From an uncultured Clostridiaceae bacterium (lineage in GTDB: Bacteria > Bacillota > Clostridia > TANB77 > CAG-508): a stretch of 52,754 bases of DNA. The first letter of the stretch is position 1. Each line of letters opens with the position of its first letter. Made by a program: the position numbers and the translations under genes. The stretch lies in assembly GCA_950096965.1 (NCBI GenBank), contig CATNCV010000002.1, positions 1-52,754 of the forward strand, written 5' to 3'. Below are positions 1-10,799 of the stretch, one piece after another. A model generated the notes under the pieces. It saw only the letters and a list, made by a program, of their open reading frames with translations. It did not search any database and was not told where the DNA came from.

Positions 1-1224
<1,224 letters not shown>

Positions 1225-1632
1225 ATAATTGAAAAGAAGTGAGAAATATGTATGAAGAAGCGATAAAAGAAATGGATAAATAAATATATATAGTCTAAAA
1301 CAGTTACGTGCAACTAACCCAGAATTAGCAAAAAAAATAGCAAGAGAAAGCTTACAAAAATTAGAAATTCTTGATAAAGACGGAAAAATAGCTCCACCAT
1401 ATAATGGGCAAAAAATACACGAAGATGACTTTACAAGGGAAATAGCACAAATGTATCATGGGGAAGATGAGAGATAAAATAGATGATAGAGAAGTATACA
1501 TGAAAGGTATAGATAATAGTTATCTATATGAGGGCTACTTATTGTTTAAAACAGAAGAGTTATAAATTGTAAAAAAATAGAAAAGAGGAAAAAAGATGTA
1601 TATGGACATGTATGAAGAAAAGGAGAAAAACT

Positions 1633-2355
1633 ATGAAGATACCTATTAATGTTATACAAAAATTATCCAAAATAAAAAATTCGCTATATGATGACATAAA
1701 GATAGAGTATTTATATCATTCGAATAAGTTAGAAGGCAGTACATTTAATATTGAACAATTAAATATTCTTTTAGAAGAAAATATGGTAGTTGGAGAGCAC
1801 TCAATTAATGATGTACAAGAAACTATTAATTCATTAGAATTATTTGATTTTGTTGTAGAAACTTTAAATGAGAAATTAACAGATAGATTACTTAGAGAAT
1901 ATCATTCGATTTTAAAGAAAAACACAAGCGATGAGAATTATGGGTTTGTAGGAGTATACAAAAAGATTCCTAATAAATTAAGAAGTGTAGATATTAAATT
2001 AGCTGAGCCATATGAGGTTGAAGAATTAATTAAAGGTTTATTAGAAAATAAGATAAAAAGTATAGAAAATATAGCTGATTTTCATCAAAAATTTGAACAT
2101 ATACACCCTTTTCAAGATGGCAATGGAAGAATAGGAAGATTTATAATACTAAGACAATGTTTAGCAAATAATATCGACTTAATTGCTATTGATGACGAAT
2201 ATAATAAAGAATATAGAGAAGCTTTATATAAGGCTCAAACTTCAGGAAATTTAGGACAATTAGTCCAAGTATTTGAAAAATGTCAAAAAAGACTTGATGA
2301 AAAATTACAAAATTATATGCCAACAATAGAACAACTAACTAAGGAAGTTGAATAA
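1633..2355 (+). CDS. Fic-domain protein (AMPylase family), class II with N-terminal inhibitory motif
   Basis: Fic motif HIHPFQDGNGRIGRF and inhibitory S-x-x-x-E-G motif (HSNKLEGS). AGGAG lies 7 nt before the ATG at 1633; the longest ORF starts at 1612. Confidence 0.85.
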   Translation: MKIPINVIQKLSKIKNSLYDDIKIEYLYHSNKLEGSTFNIEQLNILLEENMVVGEHSINDVQETINSLELFDFVVETLNEKLTDRLLREYHSILKKNTSDENYGFVGVYKKIPNKLRSVDIKLAEPYEVEELIKGLLENKIKSIENIADFHQKFEHIHPFQDGNGRIGRFIILRQCLANNIDLIAIDDEYNKEYREALYKAQTSGNLGQLVQVFEKCQKRLDEKLQNYMPTIEQLTKEVE

Positions 2356-2381
2356 TATTTTTATTTAAAAAGGAGATTTAA

Positions 2382-3158
2382 ATGTTTTCATTTGGATACG
2401 ATAAAAGAATAATATATGTAATACTAGCAATATTCATAATAATGAATATTGGAAGTTACCTTACAAGCCAAGATAAATTATTAAGTTTAGTACTAACATT
2501 ACCAGCAGTACTAATAGCAATAACATTTCATGAATTTGCTCATGCATATGCAGCAGATAAACTAGGAGATGATACCCCAAGAAGGCAAGGAAGGCTTAAC
2601 CTAAACCCATTATCACATTTAGATCCAATAGGTTCTTTAATGCTAGTATTTGCAGGTTTTGGATGGGGAAAGCCAGTAGAAATAAACCCAAGGAACTTTA
2701 ATAGAAACAGAAGTATGTCTGCTAGTGAAGCAATAGTTTCATTTGCAGGACCAGCCATGAACTTTATACTAGCAATAGTATTTTCTATAATAATAGGAAT
2801 AACATTAATAGTAACTAACAGCTATATAAATATAACTTCATACACAATGCAAATAGTAACTGAAAGCCAAATAACAGCAGTAATAATACAATTGCTAATG
2901 ATATGTGTATCTGTAAATTTAGGTTTAGGAATATTTAACTTAATACCACTACCACCATTAGATGGTTCAAAAATACTAAGGAACTTTTTGCCATACAATG
3001 CAAAAGAATGGATGGATAGAAACTACCAAATATTATATATAATATTTATAGTAATATGGATAACACCAATAGCAGGAATGATAATATCTCCTATAATATC
3101 AGGTGCATATGAAGGAATACTAAAGCTTATATTAAATTTGTTTGGAAGAATAATATAA
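2382..3158 (+). CDS. Site-2-protease-like membrane zinc metalloprotease (peptidase M50 family)
   Basis: HExxH (FHEFAHAY), several hydrophobic segments, LIPLPPLDGSK motif, good SD. Confidence 0.8.
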   Translation: MFSFGYDKRIIYVILAIFIIMNIGSYLTSQDKLLSLVLTLPAVLIAITFHEFAHAYAADKLGDDTPRRQGRLNLNPLSHLDPIGSLMLVFAGFGWGKPVEINPRNFNRNRSMSASEAIVSFAGPAMNFILAIVFSIIIGITLIVTNSYINITSYTMQIVTESQITAVIIQLLMICVSVNLGLGIFNLIPLPPLDGSKILRNFLPYNAKEWMDRNYQILYIIFIVIWITPIAGMIISPIISGAYEGILKLILNLFGRII

Positions 3159-3189
3159 TAGAAAAAATAAAATTAAAAGGAAGGTTCTT

Positions 3190-3648
3190 ATGTCAAAGCA
3201 AATAATATATCATGGAAGCTATTGCAGAATAGAAAAGCCAGAGTTAATAAAAGGTAAATATACTAAAGACTTTGGAACAGGATTTTACTGTACAATACTA
3301 GAAGAACAAGCTGAGAAATGGGCGAAAAAATATGAAACACCAATTATAAATAAATATGAATATAACGAAAATCCAAATTTGAAAATTAAAAATTTTATTT
3401 TAATGTCAGAAGAATGGCTTGACTTTATAATTAATTGTAGAAGTGGAAAAAAACATGAATATGATATTGTAATAGGAGCCATGGCAGATGACCAAGTATA
3501 TAATTATATAACAGACTTAATAGATGGTCAGATAACCAGAGAAGCATTTTGGGAATTAGCGAAATTTAGACACCCAACACATCAAATAGTGTTTTGTACA
3601 AAACAAGCATTAGAGTGTATAAAATTTGTAGAAGCAGAGGAGAAATAA
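3190..3648 (+). CDS. DUF3990-family protein
   Basis: N-terminal IIYHGS...DFGTGFYCT...QAEKWA...DIVIGAMADDQV pattern typical of DUF3990. SD present. Confidence 0.7.
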   Translation: MSKQIIYHGSYCRIEKPELIKGKYTKDFGTGFYCTILEEQAEKWAKKYETPIINKYEYNENPNLKIKNFILMSEEWLDFIINCRSGKKHEYDIVIGAMADDQVYNYITDLIDGQITREAFWELAKFRHPTHQIVFCTKQALECIKFVEAEEK

Positions 3649-3649
3649 A

Positions 3650-4096
3650 ATGGGAGAAACTAAAGAAGAAAATGATTTGTTCTTTACATGTAGCTTGATA
3701 GAATATATATCAAGAAAAACTAAAAATAGGAAAGAAACAGTCATTAAGAAATTAGGTGAAGAAAATTTAACAAAAATATATGATTTGGCAGAAATATATC
3801 ATTCTGAAAATATAGAAAAAGTTTCAGACGAATTTATTGAAAAAGCACAAATAAAAATAGGAAATTATGACCATACATCAGCTTGTAAATATAGAATTCC
3901 AACATATTGGGAAATAGGAAAAGTATATAAAAGGCTAATAGTAAGATTAAACAAAGAAAAGAATAATTATATAAAATGTATGATAGAAGTACTATCTTCA
4001 TGGATTATAGAAAAGATAGACAACTATAATAGTAGCATGTATTATGAAAATCCCGATTATATATATGAATGTTATATACAAGGTAAAATATTATAA
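3650..4096 (+). CDS. DUF3791-family protein with C-terminal extension
   Basis: Start is 1 nt after the DUF3990 stop, and the SD GAGGAG lies inside the upstream gene. The CSLIEYISRKT...YDLAEIYHSENIEKVSDEFIEK pattern resembles DUF3791. Confidence 0.6.
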   Translation: MGETKEENDLFFTCSLIEYISRKTKNRKETVIKKLGEENLTKIYDLAEIYHSENIEKVSDEFIEKAQIKIGNYDHTSACKYRIPTYWEIGKVYKRLIVRLNKEKNNYIKCMIEVLSSWIIEKIDNYNSSMYYENPDYIYECYIQGKIL

Positions 4097-4162
4097 ATAG
4101 TAAACAGAGAATTATATAGGAAATAAATATGATAAATTGTTAAAATAATAAAATAGAAAGAA

Positions 4163-5173
4163 ATGAAAAAGATGAAAGATATATTAATATTAGGAATAGA
4201 ATCAAGTTGTGATGAAACAGCAGCAGCCGTAGTAAAAAACGGAAGAGAAGTTTTATCAAACGTAATAAGTTCACAAATAGAAATTCACGAAAAATTCGGT
4301 GGAGTAGTACCAGAAATAGCTTCTAGAAATCATGTGGAAGCTATTTCAAACGTTGTAAAAAAAGCATTAAAAGAAGCAAATGCAACACTACAAGACATAG
4401 ATGCAGTGGCATGCACTTATGGACCTGGACTAGTAGGAGCTTTACTTGTAGGGGTGTCATATGCAAAAGCACTTTCATATGCATCAAATAAACCACTAAT
4501 AGGTACAAACCATATAGAAGGACATATAGCAGCAAATTACATAACACATAAAGAATTAAAACCACCATTTTTAGCATTTGTAATATCAGGAGGGCATACG
4601 CACCTAGTACATATAAAAAACTATAAAGAATTTGAAATAATAGGAAAAACAAGAGATGATGCAATAGGAGAAGCTTTTGATAAAGTGGCTAGAGTAATAG
4701 GTTTAGGTTACCCAGGAGGACCAAAAATAGACAAGCTGGCAAAAGAAGGAAAACCATGTATACAATTACCAAAAACACACTTTGAAAATTTAGACTTTAG
4801 TTTTAGTGGAATAAAAACAGCAGTAATAAACTTAAACCATAAAACACCAGACCTAAACAAAGCAGACTTAGCAGCAAGTTTTGAACAAGCAGTAACAGAT
4901 GTACTAATAGAAAATACAGTTAAAGCATGTGAAAAGTTAAATTTAAAAACAATAGCACTAGCAGGAGGAGTATCAGCCAATAGCTATATAAGAAATAGAT
5001 TTTTAGAGTTAGAACAAACAAACAATATAAAAGTATACTACCCAGAACCAATACTATGCACCGATAATGCAGCAATGATAGCTTCAGCAGGATATTTGAG
5101 TTACATAAATAAAATAACATCGAATTTGGAATTAAATGCAGTGCCAAATTTAAAAATAACAAATATAGAATAA
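4163..5173 (+). CDS. tsaD: tRNA N6-adenosine threonylcarbamoyltransferase
   Basis: [33 protein letters not shown] and GGVSAN motifs of Kae1/TsaD. Confidence 0.95.
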   Translation: MKKMKDILILGIESSCDETAAAVVKNGREVLSNVISSQIEIHEKFGGVVPEIASRNHVEAISNVVKKALKEANATLQDIDAVACTYGPGLVGALLVGVSYAKALSYASNKPLIGTNHIEGHIAANYITHKELKPPFLAFVISGGHTHLVHIKNYKEFEIIGKTRDDAIGEAFDKVARVIGLGYPGGPKIDKLAKEGKPCIQLPKTHFENLDFSFSGIKTAVINLNHKTPDLNKADLAASFEQAVTDVLIENTVKACEKLNLKTIALAGGVSANSYIRNRFLELEQTNNIKVYYPEPILCTDNAAMIASAGYLSYINKITSNLELNAVPNLKITNIE

Positions 5174-5259
5174 AAAGTTATATAAAAGGAAAAGAAGTTG
5201 TGCAAAAAATAATAAAGAGTTACCTATTTAAGAGAAAATAAAATGATGGAGGGAAGTAT

Positions 5260-5571
5260 ATGAAAAAAGCAGAAGAAGTTATGGATGAATTTATGAGAGT
5301 ATGGAAAAATATGATGAAATATCAAAATATAAAAATAAATCCAGTAGAACCAAACTATGATGAAATTGAAAAAGCATTTAGTGAAGAAAAGAAAATTGTA
5401 GCAACATATGAAGCAGGTGAAGTAAAAGAAGTAAGTGAAAATGAAATTACACAAAGAAAGAGAAGAGCAGAATGGATAGAAGGAATAAAAGTAGAAGGAT
5501 TACCTATTTTAGCAGTAGAAGAAGTAGACAATAAGTTAGTAAGAACAATTGAAAAACAACAAGAAATATAA
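5260..5571 (+). CDS. Hypothetical acidic protein
   Basis: ORF with SD GGAGGG and native A-rich codon usage. No family recognised. Confidence 0.5.
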   Translation: MKKAEEVMDEFMRVWKNMMKYQNIKINPVEPNYDEIEKAFSEEKKIVATYEAGEVKEVSENEITQRKRRAEWIEGIKVEGLPILAVEEVDNKLVRTIEKQQEI

Positions 5572-5606
5572 CAAGTAATTAAGACAAATTACTAAAAGGA
5601 GAAAGT

Positions 5607-6323
5607 ATGGCAGTATATGTAATAGGAGATTTACACTTGCCTTTTGGAATTGATAAGCCTATGGATATTTTTGGTGAAAAATGGCAAGGGTATACTGAAA
5701 AACTAAAGGAAGATTGGAAAAATAAAGTAAAACCAGAAGATACAGTAATTATTGCTGGTGACTTTTCATGGGCAACATATATAAAAGATACATATAAAGA
5801 CTTTGAATATATATGTAATTTACCAGGAAAAAAAGTAATATTAAAAGGTAATCATGATTACTGGTGGACTACAGTAAAAAGTATGAAACAATATTTAGAA
5901 GAAAATAATTTTGAAAATATAGACTTTTTATATAACAATAGTTTTTACATTGAAGATAAAATAATAGTAGGAACAAGAGGCTGGGCTTTATTAGACAGTG
6001 AAAACAGTAGTAAAATGATAAAACGAGAGAGCCTAAGATTAGAACTTTCCATACAAAGTGCTATCGAAAACTATGGCGAAAATAAAGAAATAATATGTAT
6101 AATGCATTATCCACCAATTACAAAAACAAAAATGAAAAATGAATATACATATGACTCTGAATTTTTAGAAATTATGAAAAAATATAATGTAAAAAAGTGT
6201 TATTATGCGCACTTACATGGAACTTCACATAGTGATGCAGTAGAAGGAATAGTAGAAGGAATACAATTTTATTTAATAAGCGGAGATTATATAGAATTTA
6301 AACTAAAATTAATTGACAAATAA
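5607..6323 (+). CDS. Metallophosphoesterase (calcineurin-like)
   Basis: GDLHLP, GDFSW, GNHDYWW and HYPP...HLHG motifs. Confidence 0.8.
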   Translation: MAVYVIGDLHLPFGIDKPMDIFGEKWQGYTEKLKEDWKNKVKPEDTVIIAGDFSWATYIKDTYKDFEYICNLPGKKVILKGNHDYWWTTVKSMKQYLEENNFENIDFLYNNSFYIEDKIIVGTRGWALLDSENSSKMIKRESLRLELSIQSAIENYGENKEIICIMHYPPITKTKMKNEYTYDSEFLEIMKKYNVKKCYYAHLHGTSHSDAVEGIVEGIQFYLISGDYIEFKLKLIDK

Positions 6324-6341
6324 GTAAATATATGTTAAAAT
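6313..6341 (+). promoter_or_regulatory. Sigma-A type promoter for rplU-rpmA
   Basis: TTGACA (6313-6318), 17 nt spacer, TAAAAT (6336-6341), with TG one nt upstream of the -10. Confidence 0.55.
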
Positions 6342-6445
6342 AATAAACTGTAAGCCGCCTGAGTCGGGCTCAAAATGCTAAATAATATTTAGCTGCCTAG
6401 TATTTTATGCTTAGCGAGTATACATATAAAGGGAGGTGTACGTTA
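6342..6445 (+). promoter_or_regulatory. Structured 5' leader of rplU (possible ribosomal-protein L21-type leader)
   Basis: Roughly 100 nt UTR containing the hairpin GCTAAATA-a-TATTTAGC and a locally GC-rich AGCCGCCTGAGTCGGGCT segment. Assignment to the L21 leader family is not verified. Confidence 0.3.
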
Positions 6446-6835
6446 ATGTACGCAATAATTGAAAGCTGTGGAAAGCAATACAAAGTATCAGAAGGAGATG
6501 TAGTATTCTTCGAAAAATTAGATACAGAATTAGGTAAAAAAGTTACTTTTAAAGAAGTAGTATTAGTATCTGATGACAAAAAAGTAGAAGTAGGTGCTCC
6601 TTACGTAAAAGGTGCTAAAGTAGAAGGAAAAGTAGTTGAACATGGTAAAGGTAAAAAAATTATAGTTTACAAATATAAAGCTAAAAAGAACTACAGAAGA
6701 ACACAAGGACACAGACAACCATATACAAAAGTTCAAATTACAAAAATAGCACTAGCTGCTGAAAAAGCTGCAAAAGCAGAAGAACCAGCTACAACTAAAA
6801 AAGCTACTACAAAAAAAGAAACAGTAGAAGCATAA
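6446..6835 (+). CDS. rplU: 50S ribosomal protein L21 with Lys/Ala-rich C-terminal tail
   Basis: [14 protein letters not shown]... is a typical L21 start. SD AGGGAGG precedes the ATG at 6446; the ORF track start at 6407 is upstream of the SD. Confidence 0.9.
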   Translation: MYAIIESCGKQYKVSEGDVVFFEKLDTELGKKVTFKEVVLVSDDKKVEVGAPYVKGAKVEGKVVEHGKGKKIIVYKYKAKKNYRRTQGHRQPYTKVQITKIALAAEKAAKAEEPATTKKATTKKETVEA

Positions 6836-6894
6836 GTTAATTAGTAAATAATAAAGAGATATAAAAAACAAAACCAAGAAGGGAGTGAGAAAAA

Positions 6895-7149
6895 ATGGCT
6901 CATAAGAAAGGTCAAGGTAGTGTTAAGAACGGTAGAGACAGTGAGTCAAAACGTCTTGGGCTAAAAAGAGCTGACGGACAATTTGTTCTAGCAGGAAATA
7001 TCCTAGTAAGACAAAGAGGAACAAAATTCCATCCAGGAACAAATGTAGGAATTGGAAGCGATGATACATTATTTGCATTAAAAGATGGAACAGTTAAATT
7101 TGAAAGATTAGGAAAAGATAAAAAGAAAGTAAGTGTTTACCCAGAGTAA
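6895..7149 (+). CDS. rpmA: 50S ribosomal protein L27 (no N-terminal propeptide)
   Basis: [22 protein letters not shown]... begins directly with the mature AHKK motif. Confidence 0.95.
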   Translation: MAHKKGQGSVKNGRDSESKRLGLKRADGQFVLAGNILVRQRGTKFHPGTNVGIGSDDTLFALKDGTVKFERLGKDKKKVSVYPE

Positions 7150-7180
7150 GAGGAAGTACAAGCTTAAATGAAAAGGAAGT

Positions 7181-7235
7181 AAAAATCCCATAAAAAATGA
7201 ACGAAAATATTTCGTTCATTTTTTATGGGATTTTT
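7181..7235. terminator. Bidirectional rho-independent terminator
   Basis: Perfect 26-nt arms (AAAAATCCCATAAAAAATGAACGAAA and its reverse complement), 3-nt loop, A/T runs on both sides, between convergent genes. Confidence 0.8.
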
Positions 7236-7253
7236 ATTTCTCATTTTTATTAA

Positions 7254-7433
7254 TTATTTAACATGTCCATTTTCAATTGGGAGAGGGTGCACTTCTCTAT
7301 CAGAACCTTTAATGCAGAAGTTTTTTTTATCTTTATGATAAAAACGAAAATCTTCATATAGTATATCATCTGGAAGCTGGACGTGAGATGTATATTTGCC
7401 ATCATAAATAGTCTTTTCATTTTCTTTTTTCAT
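7254..7433 (-). CDS. Small hypothetical protein (59 aa), below the ORF-track cutoff
   Basis: GGAGGT lies 8 nt before the ATG (complement of 7431-7433). Translation MKKENEKTIYDGKYTSHVQLPDDILYEDFRFYHKDKKNFCIKGSDREVHPLPIENGHVK, stop TAA, ending at the bidirectional terminator. Confidence 0.45.
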   Translation of the reverse strand: MKKENEKTIYDGKYTSHVQLPDDILYEDFRFYHKDKKNFCIKGSDREVHPLPIENGHVK

Positions 7434-7737
7434 ATATTATACCTCCTTAAAATTATTTTTAGAAGTTCATATAAATTCATATATATTATTTACCAAATTT
7501 GTATAGAAAAGTCAATAGATAGAGTAAATTTAATAGTAAAACTAAAAGATAGTTTATATATAATAAGGAACAAGAAATAGAAAATATTAAATAAAATAAA
7601 TAATAATCATATAAACAACAATTAGAACAGCATAAATTTGAAAATAACAAAAAATGATAAAATATATAAGGTCAAAAATAAAAATAGATAATTCGAGATA
7701 TAAGCAATTAAAAAAATAGCTATATATCGCAGAGCTC

Positions 7738-7766
7738 TTGACTTTCTGATACTTTAATGCGATAAT
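7738..7766 (+). promoter_or_regulatory. Candidate sigma-A promoter for scpB
   Basis: TTGACT, 17 nt spacer, GATAAT. Confidence 0.4.
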
Positions 7767-7795
7767 ATTATAGAATAAAAGGAGAAAATTTTTAT

Positions 7796-8512
7796 ATGGA
7801 AATAGAAAGAGCAAAAGCAATAATAGAAGCAATATTATTTGCATGTGGAAGAGAAGTAAAAATAAATGAATTAATGTCAGCATTAGAGCTTAGCGGTGAG
7901 GATGTATTGAATATAGTAGAAAGCTTAAAAGCAGATTATGAAATATCAAATAGAGGAATTGAAATAATAAGAGTAAATGATGGTTTTCAATTAACTACAA
8001 AAAAAGAATATTATGAATATATATATCCAATTTTTGATAAAAGAAGTAAACCAAACTTAACAAATGCAGCATTAGAAACACTATCAATAGTAGCATACAA
8101 TCCAAAAATAACAAGACCAGAAATAGAAGCAATACGTGGAGTTAACTCAGATGGAACAATGTATAAGCTATTAGAATATAACCTAATAGAGGCAGTAGGT
8201 AAAGCAGATGCCCCAGGAAGACCAACAATGTATGAAGTAACTTTAGACTTTTATAGAATGTTCGGTTTTTCAAACATGGAGGAGCTACCAGAACTTCCAA
8301 GATACAAATTAGACGAAAATCAACAAATAGTTATAGATGAAATAATAGAAGAAAATAAGGAACAAGAAGAAATACAAGAAACTGAAGAAATAGAAGATAT
8401 TAATAAAGAGAACAATAGTAAAGAGCAAAAAGAAATAAAAAAAGAAGAGCTAAGCGAAGAACTAAATGAGGCTCCAATGCCCGAAAGGGAAGAAGAGCAA
8501 AATAATGAATGA
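7796..8512 (+). CDS. scpB: Segregation and condensation protein B with long acidic tail
   Basis: IEAILFACGREV, ALETLSIVAYNPKITRPEIEAIRGVNSDG and GRPTMYEVT motifs. About 60 aa E/K-rich C-terminus. Confidence 0.85.
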   Translation: MEIERAKAIIEAILFACGREVKINELMSALELSGEDVLNIVESLKADYEISNRGIEIIRVNDGFQLTTKKEYYEYIYPIFDKRSKPNLTNAALETLSIVAYNPKITRPEIEAIRGVNSDGTMYKLLEYNLIEAVGKADAPGRPTMYEVTLDFYRMFGFSNMEELPELPRYKLDENQQIVIDEIIEENKEQEEIQETEEIEDINKENNSKEQKEIKKEELSEELNEAPMPEREEEQNNE

Positions 8513-8677
8513 TGAATAATGTAGAAACGGTAGATAGGGTAGATAGGGGTCGGTTCCTAATCGGAAACAAGATAGAGAAGGACTAAAAAGGAAAAACAAA
8601 AATAATCTGGATAGATTAGGAACTGTTTTCTATCGGAAGCAAATAAGAAAAAATAAAAAAGGAGAGAAAATAAAAAA

Positions 8678-10102
8678 ATGAAAAATAAAGCAATAACACC
8701 AAGGAATGAAGATTTCGCAAAATGGTATACAGATGTAGTAAAAGCTGCACGTTTAGCAGCATATTCAAACGTAAAAGGATGTGTAGTAATAGAGCCAAAT
8801 GGCTATGCAATATGGGAAAAAATGCAAGCAACACTAGATAAAATGTTCAAAGAAACAGGCCATAAAAATGTATGTATGCCAATGCTAATACCAGAAAACC
8901 TAATGAGAAAAGAAGGAGAACTAATAAATGGTTTTGCACCAGAAGTAGCATGGGTAACACAAGGAGGAGAAAAAGAATTAGACGAAAGAATGTGTATAAG
9001 GCCAACATCAGAAACATTATTTAGTGACTACTATGCAGGAATAGTAAAATCATATAGAGACTTACCAATAAAATATAATCAATGGTGTAATGTATTAAGA
9101 TGGGAAAAAGAAACAAGACCATTCCTACGTTCAAGAGAATTTTTATGGCAAGAAGGACACACAATACATGAAACTAGCCACGAAGCAGAAAATGAAACAA
9201 ATCAAATGTTAGAAATATATGAAAAATTCTTTAAAGAATATTTAGCAATACCAGTAATAACAGGAAGAAAAACAGAAAAAGAAAAATTTGCAGGAGCAGA
9301 ATACACATTAACAGTAGAAGCACTAATGTATAATGGAGTATCACTTCAATCAGGAACATCACACTACTTTGGGCAAAAATTCTCTAAAGCATATGATATA
9401 TCTTTCTCAAATAGAGAAAATGAGCAAGAATATGTATATCAAACATCATGGGGAGTAACTACAAGAATGATAGGAGCACTTATAATGGTACACAGTGACG
9501 AAGCAGGTTTAGTATTACCACCTAAAATAGCACCAAGACAAGTGGTAATAGTACCAATAGGTGAAGCAGAAGAAGTTAAAAACTTAAGCCAAAAAGCATA
9601 TAATGAACTAAAAAATGCAGGAATAAGTGTATACATAGACGACTCAGAAAAATCACCAGGTTTCAGATTTGCAGAGGGTGAAGTAAACGGAATTCCAGTA
9701 AGAATAGAAATAGGAGAAAGAGACCTAAAAGAAAACAAAATAACATTTGCACGTAGAGACACAAGAGAAAAACTAGTAGAAACAGCAGATGTAGACTTTG
9801 CAGAATATGTAGAAAAACTATTAGAAGAAATACAAAATAACCTATACAATAGAGCATTACAAAGAAGAAATGAACTAACATACGAATGTACATCTTTAGA
9901 AGAAGTTGAAAAAATAATGAACGAAAAACCAGGTTTTGTAAAAGCAATGTGGTGTGGAAGTGAAGAATGTGAACTAAAAATGAAAGAAATAAAAGGCACA
10001 AAATCAAGATGTATACTAGAAAACGAAAAACACATACATGATAAATGTATAGTATGTGGAAAAGAAGCTAAACATTTAGTAGTTTGGGGAATTCAATATT
10101 AA
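8678..10102 (+). CDS. proS: Proline--tRNA ligase (archaeal/eukaryote-like type with C-terminal Zn-binding domain)
   Basis: FAKWYTDVV, RPTSET, RWE...RPFLRSREFLWQEGHT and a C-terminal CGSEECE...CIVCGK...VVWGIQY. Confidence 0.95.
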   Translation: MKNKAITPRNEDFAKWYTDVVKAARLAAYSNVKGCVVIEPNGYAIWEKMQATLDKMFKETGHKNVCMPMLIPENLMRKEGELINGFAPEVAWVTQGGEKELDERMCIRPTSETLFSDYYAGIVKSYRDLPIKYNQWCNVLRWEKETRPFLRSREFLWQEGHTIHETSHEAENETNQMLEIYEKFFKEYLAIPVITGRKTEKEKFAGAEYTLTVEALMYNGVSLQSGTSHYFGQKFSKAYDISFSNRENEQEYVYQTSWGVTTRMIGALIMVHSDEAGLVLPPKIAPRQVVIVPIGEAEEVKNLSQKAYNELKNAGISVYIDDSEKSPGFRFAEGEVNGIPVRIEIGERDLKENKITFARRDTREKLVETADVDFAEYVEKLLEEIQNNLYNRALQRRNELTYECTSLEEVEKIMNEKPGFVKAMWCGSEECELKMKEIKGTKSRCILENEKHIHDKCIVCGKEAKHLVVWGIQY

Positions 10103-10159
10103 AAATGAATGAATTAACCACTAAAATACAATAATAAGCATTAAAGGAGGAAGTAAAAA

Positions 10160-10795
10160 ATGTTACTATCTGAAAAATATGATAAAACAATAATAAATGA
10201 TAGGATATATGATACAGTATTACTTGCAGATGTAGTAGAAATACAAGGTGAGAAATACCTTATATCATCAGGATATTTATTTGATAGTAAAAAAATAAAT
10301 TCAAATACAAACCTTATTGAGCAAAAGTATATAAATGATACATTTTTTAAAAGGGATAAGACTTCTGACATTGATGCTTATTATTTAATATATAATATGG
10401 ATAAAAAAGAAACTATAAAAAATAAAAAACAATTTATAGAAGCTAATAACCTAAATAAAATATTAAAGTTAGATAGAACAAAATGTGAAAAAGTAGAAAT
10501 AGGAAAAGACTTTGGATACAAAATAAATACAATTAGTGAAGAATATATATTTATGGAAATGCAAGATGAAACTGCACCATACTTATTAATTAAAAACGAC
10601 AAAAATGGTTTATTTGCAGAAAATATGATAACATTTAATACAGAAAAAAATAAAGCAGATATAACAAATGGATTTAACTATATAGAAGAAAAGACAAAAG
10701 AAATGGAAAGAGTAAATGTATTTAAATTAGCAAATGACACTAATACATTTTTTAAGAAAATAGTATTAAACAATGGAACAAAGGAAGAAATTTAA
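10160..10795 (+). CDS. Hypothetical protein, first gene of the PHP operon
   Basis: Strong SD AAAGGAGG. Stop lies 4 nt before the next start. No family recognised. Confidence 0.5.
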   Translation: MLLSEKYDKTIINDRIYDTVLLADVVEIQGEKYLISSGYLFDSKKINSNTNLIEQKYINDTFFKRDKTSDIDAYYLIYNMDKKETIKNKKQFIEANNLNKILKLDRTKCEKVEIGKDFGYKINTISEEYIFMEMQDETAPYLLIKNDKNGLFAENMITFNTEKNKADITNGFNYIEEKTKEMERVNVFKLANDTNTFFKKIVLNNGTKEEI

Positions 10796-10799
10796 ATAA

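Noticed and set aside
8513-8677. T-box riboswitch upstream of proS, and a 44-codon open frame containing two in-frame CGG codons (8562, 8634).
   Set aside because: There is no T-box consensus (…GGTGGTACCGCG-like), no specifier-loop architecture, and the open frame has no ATG, GTG or TTG start or SD. The CGGs there are most likely coincidental.
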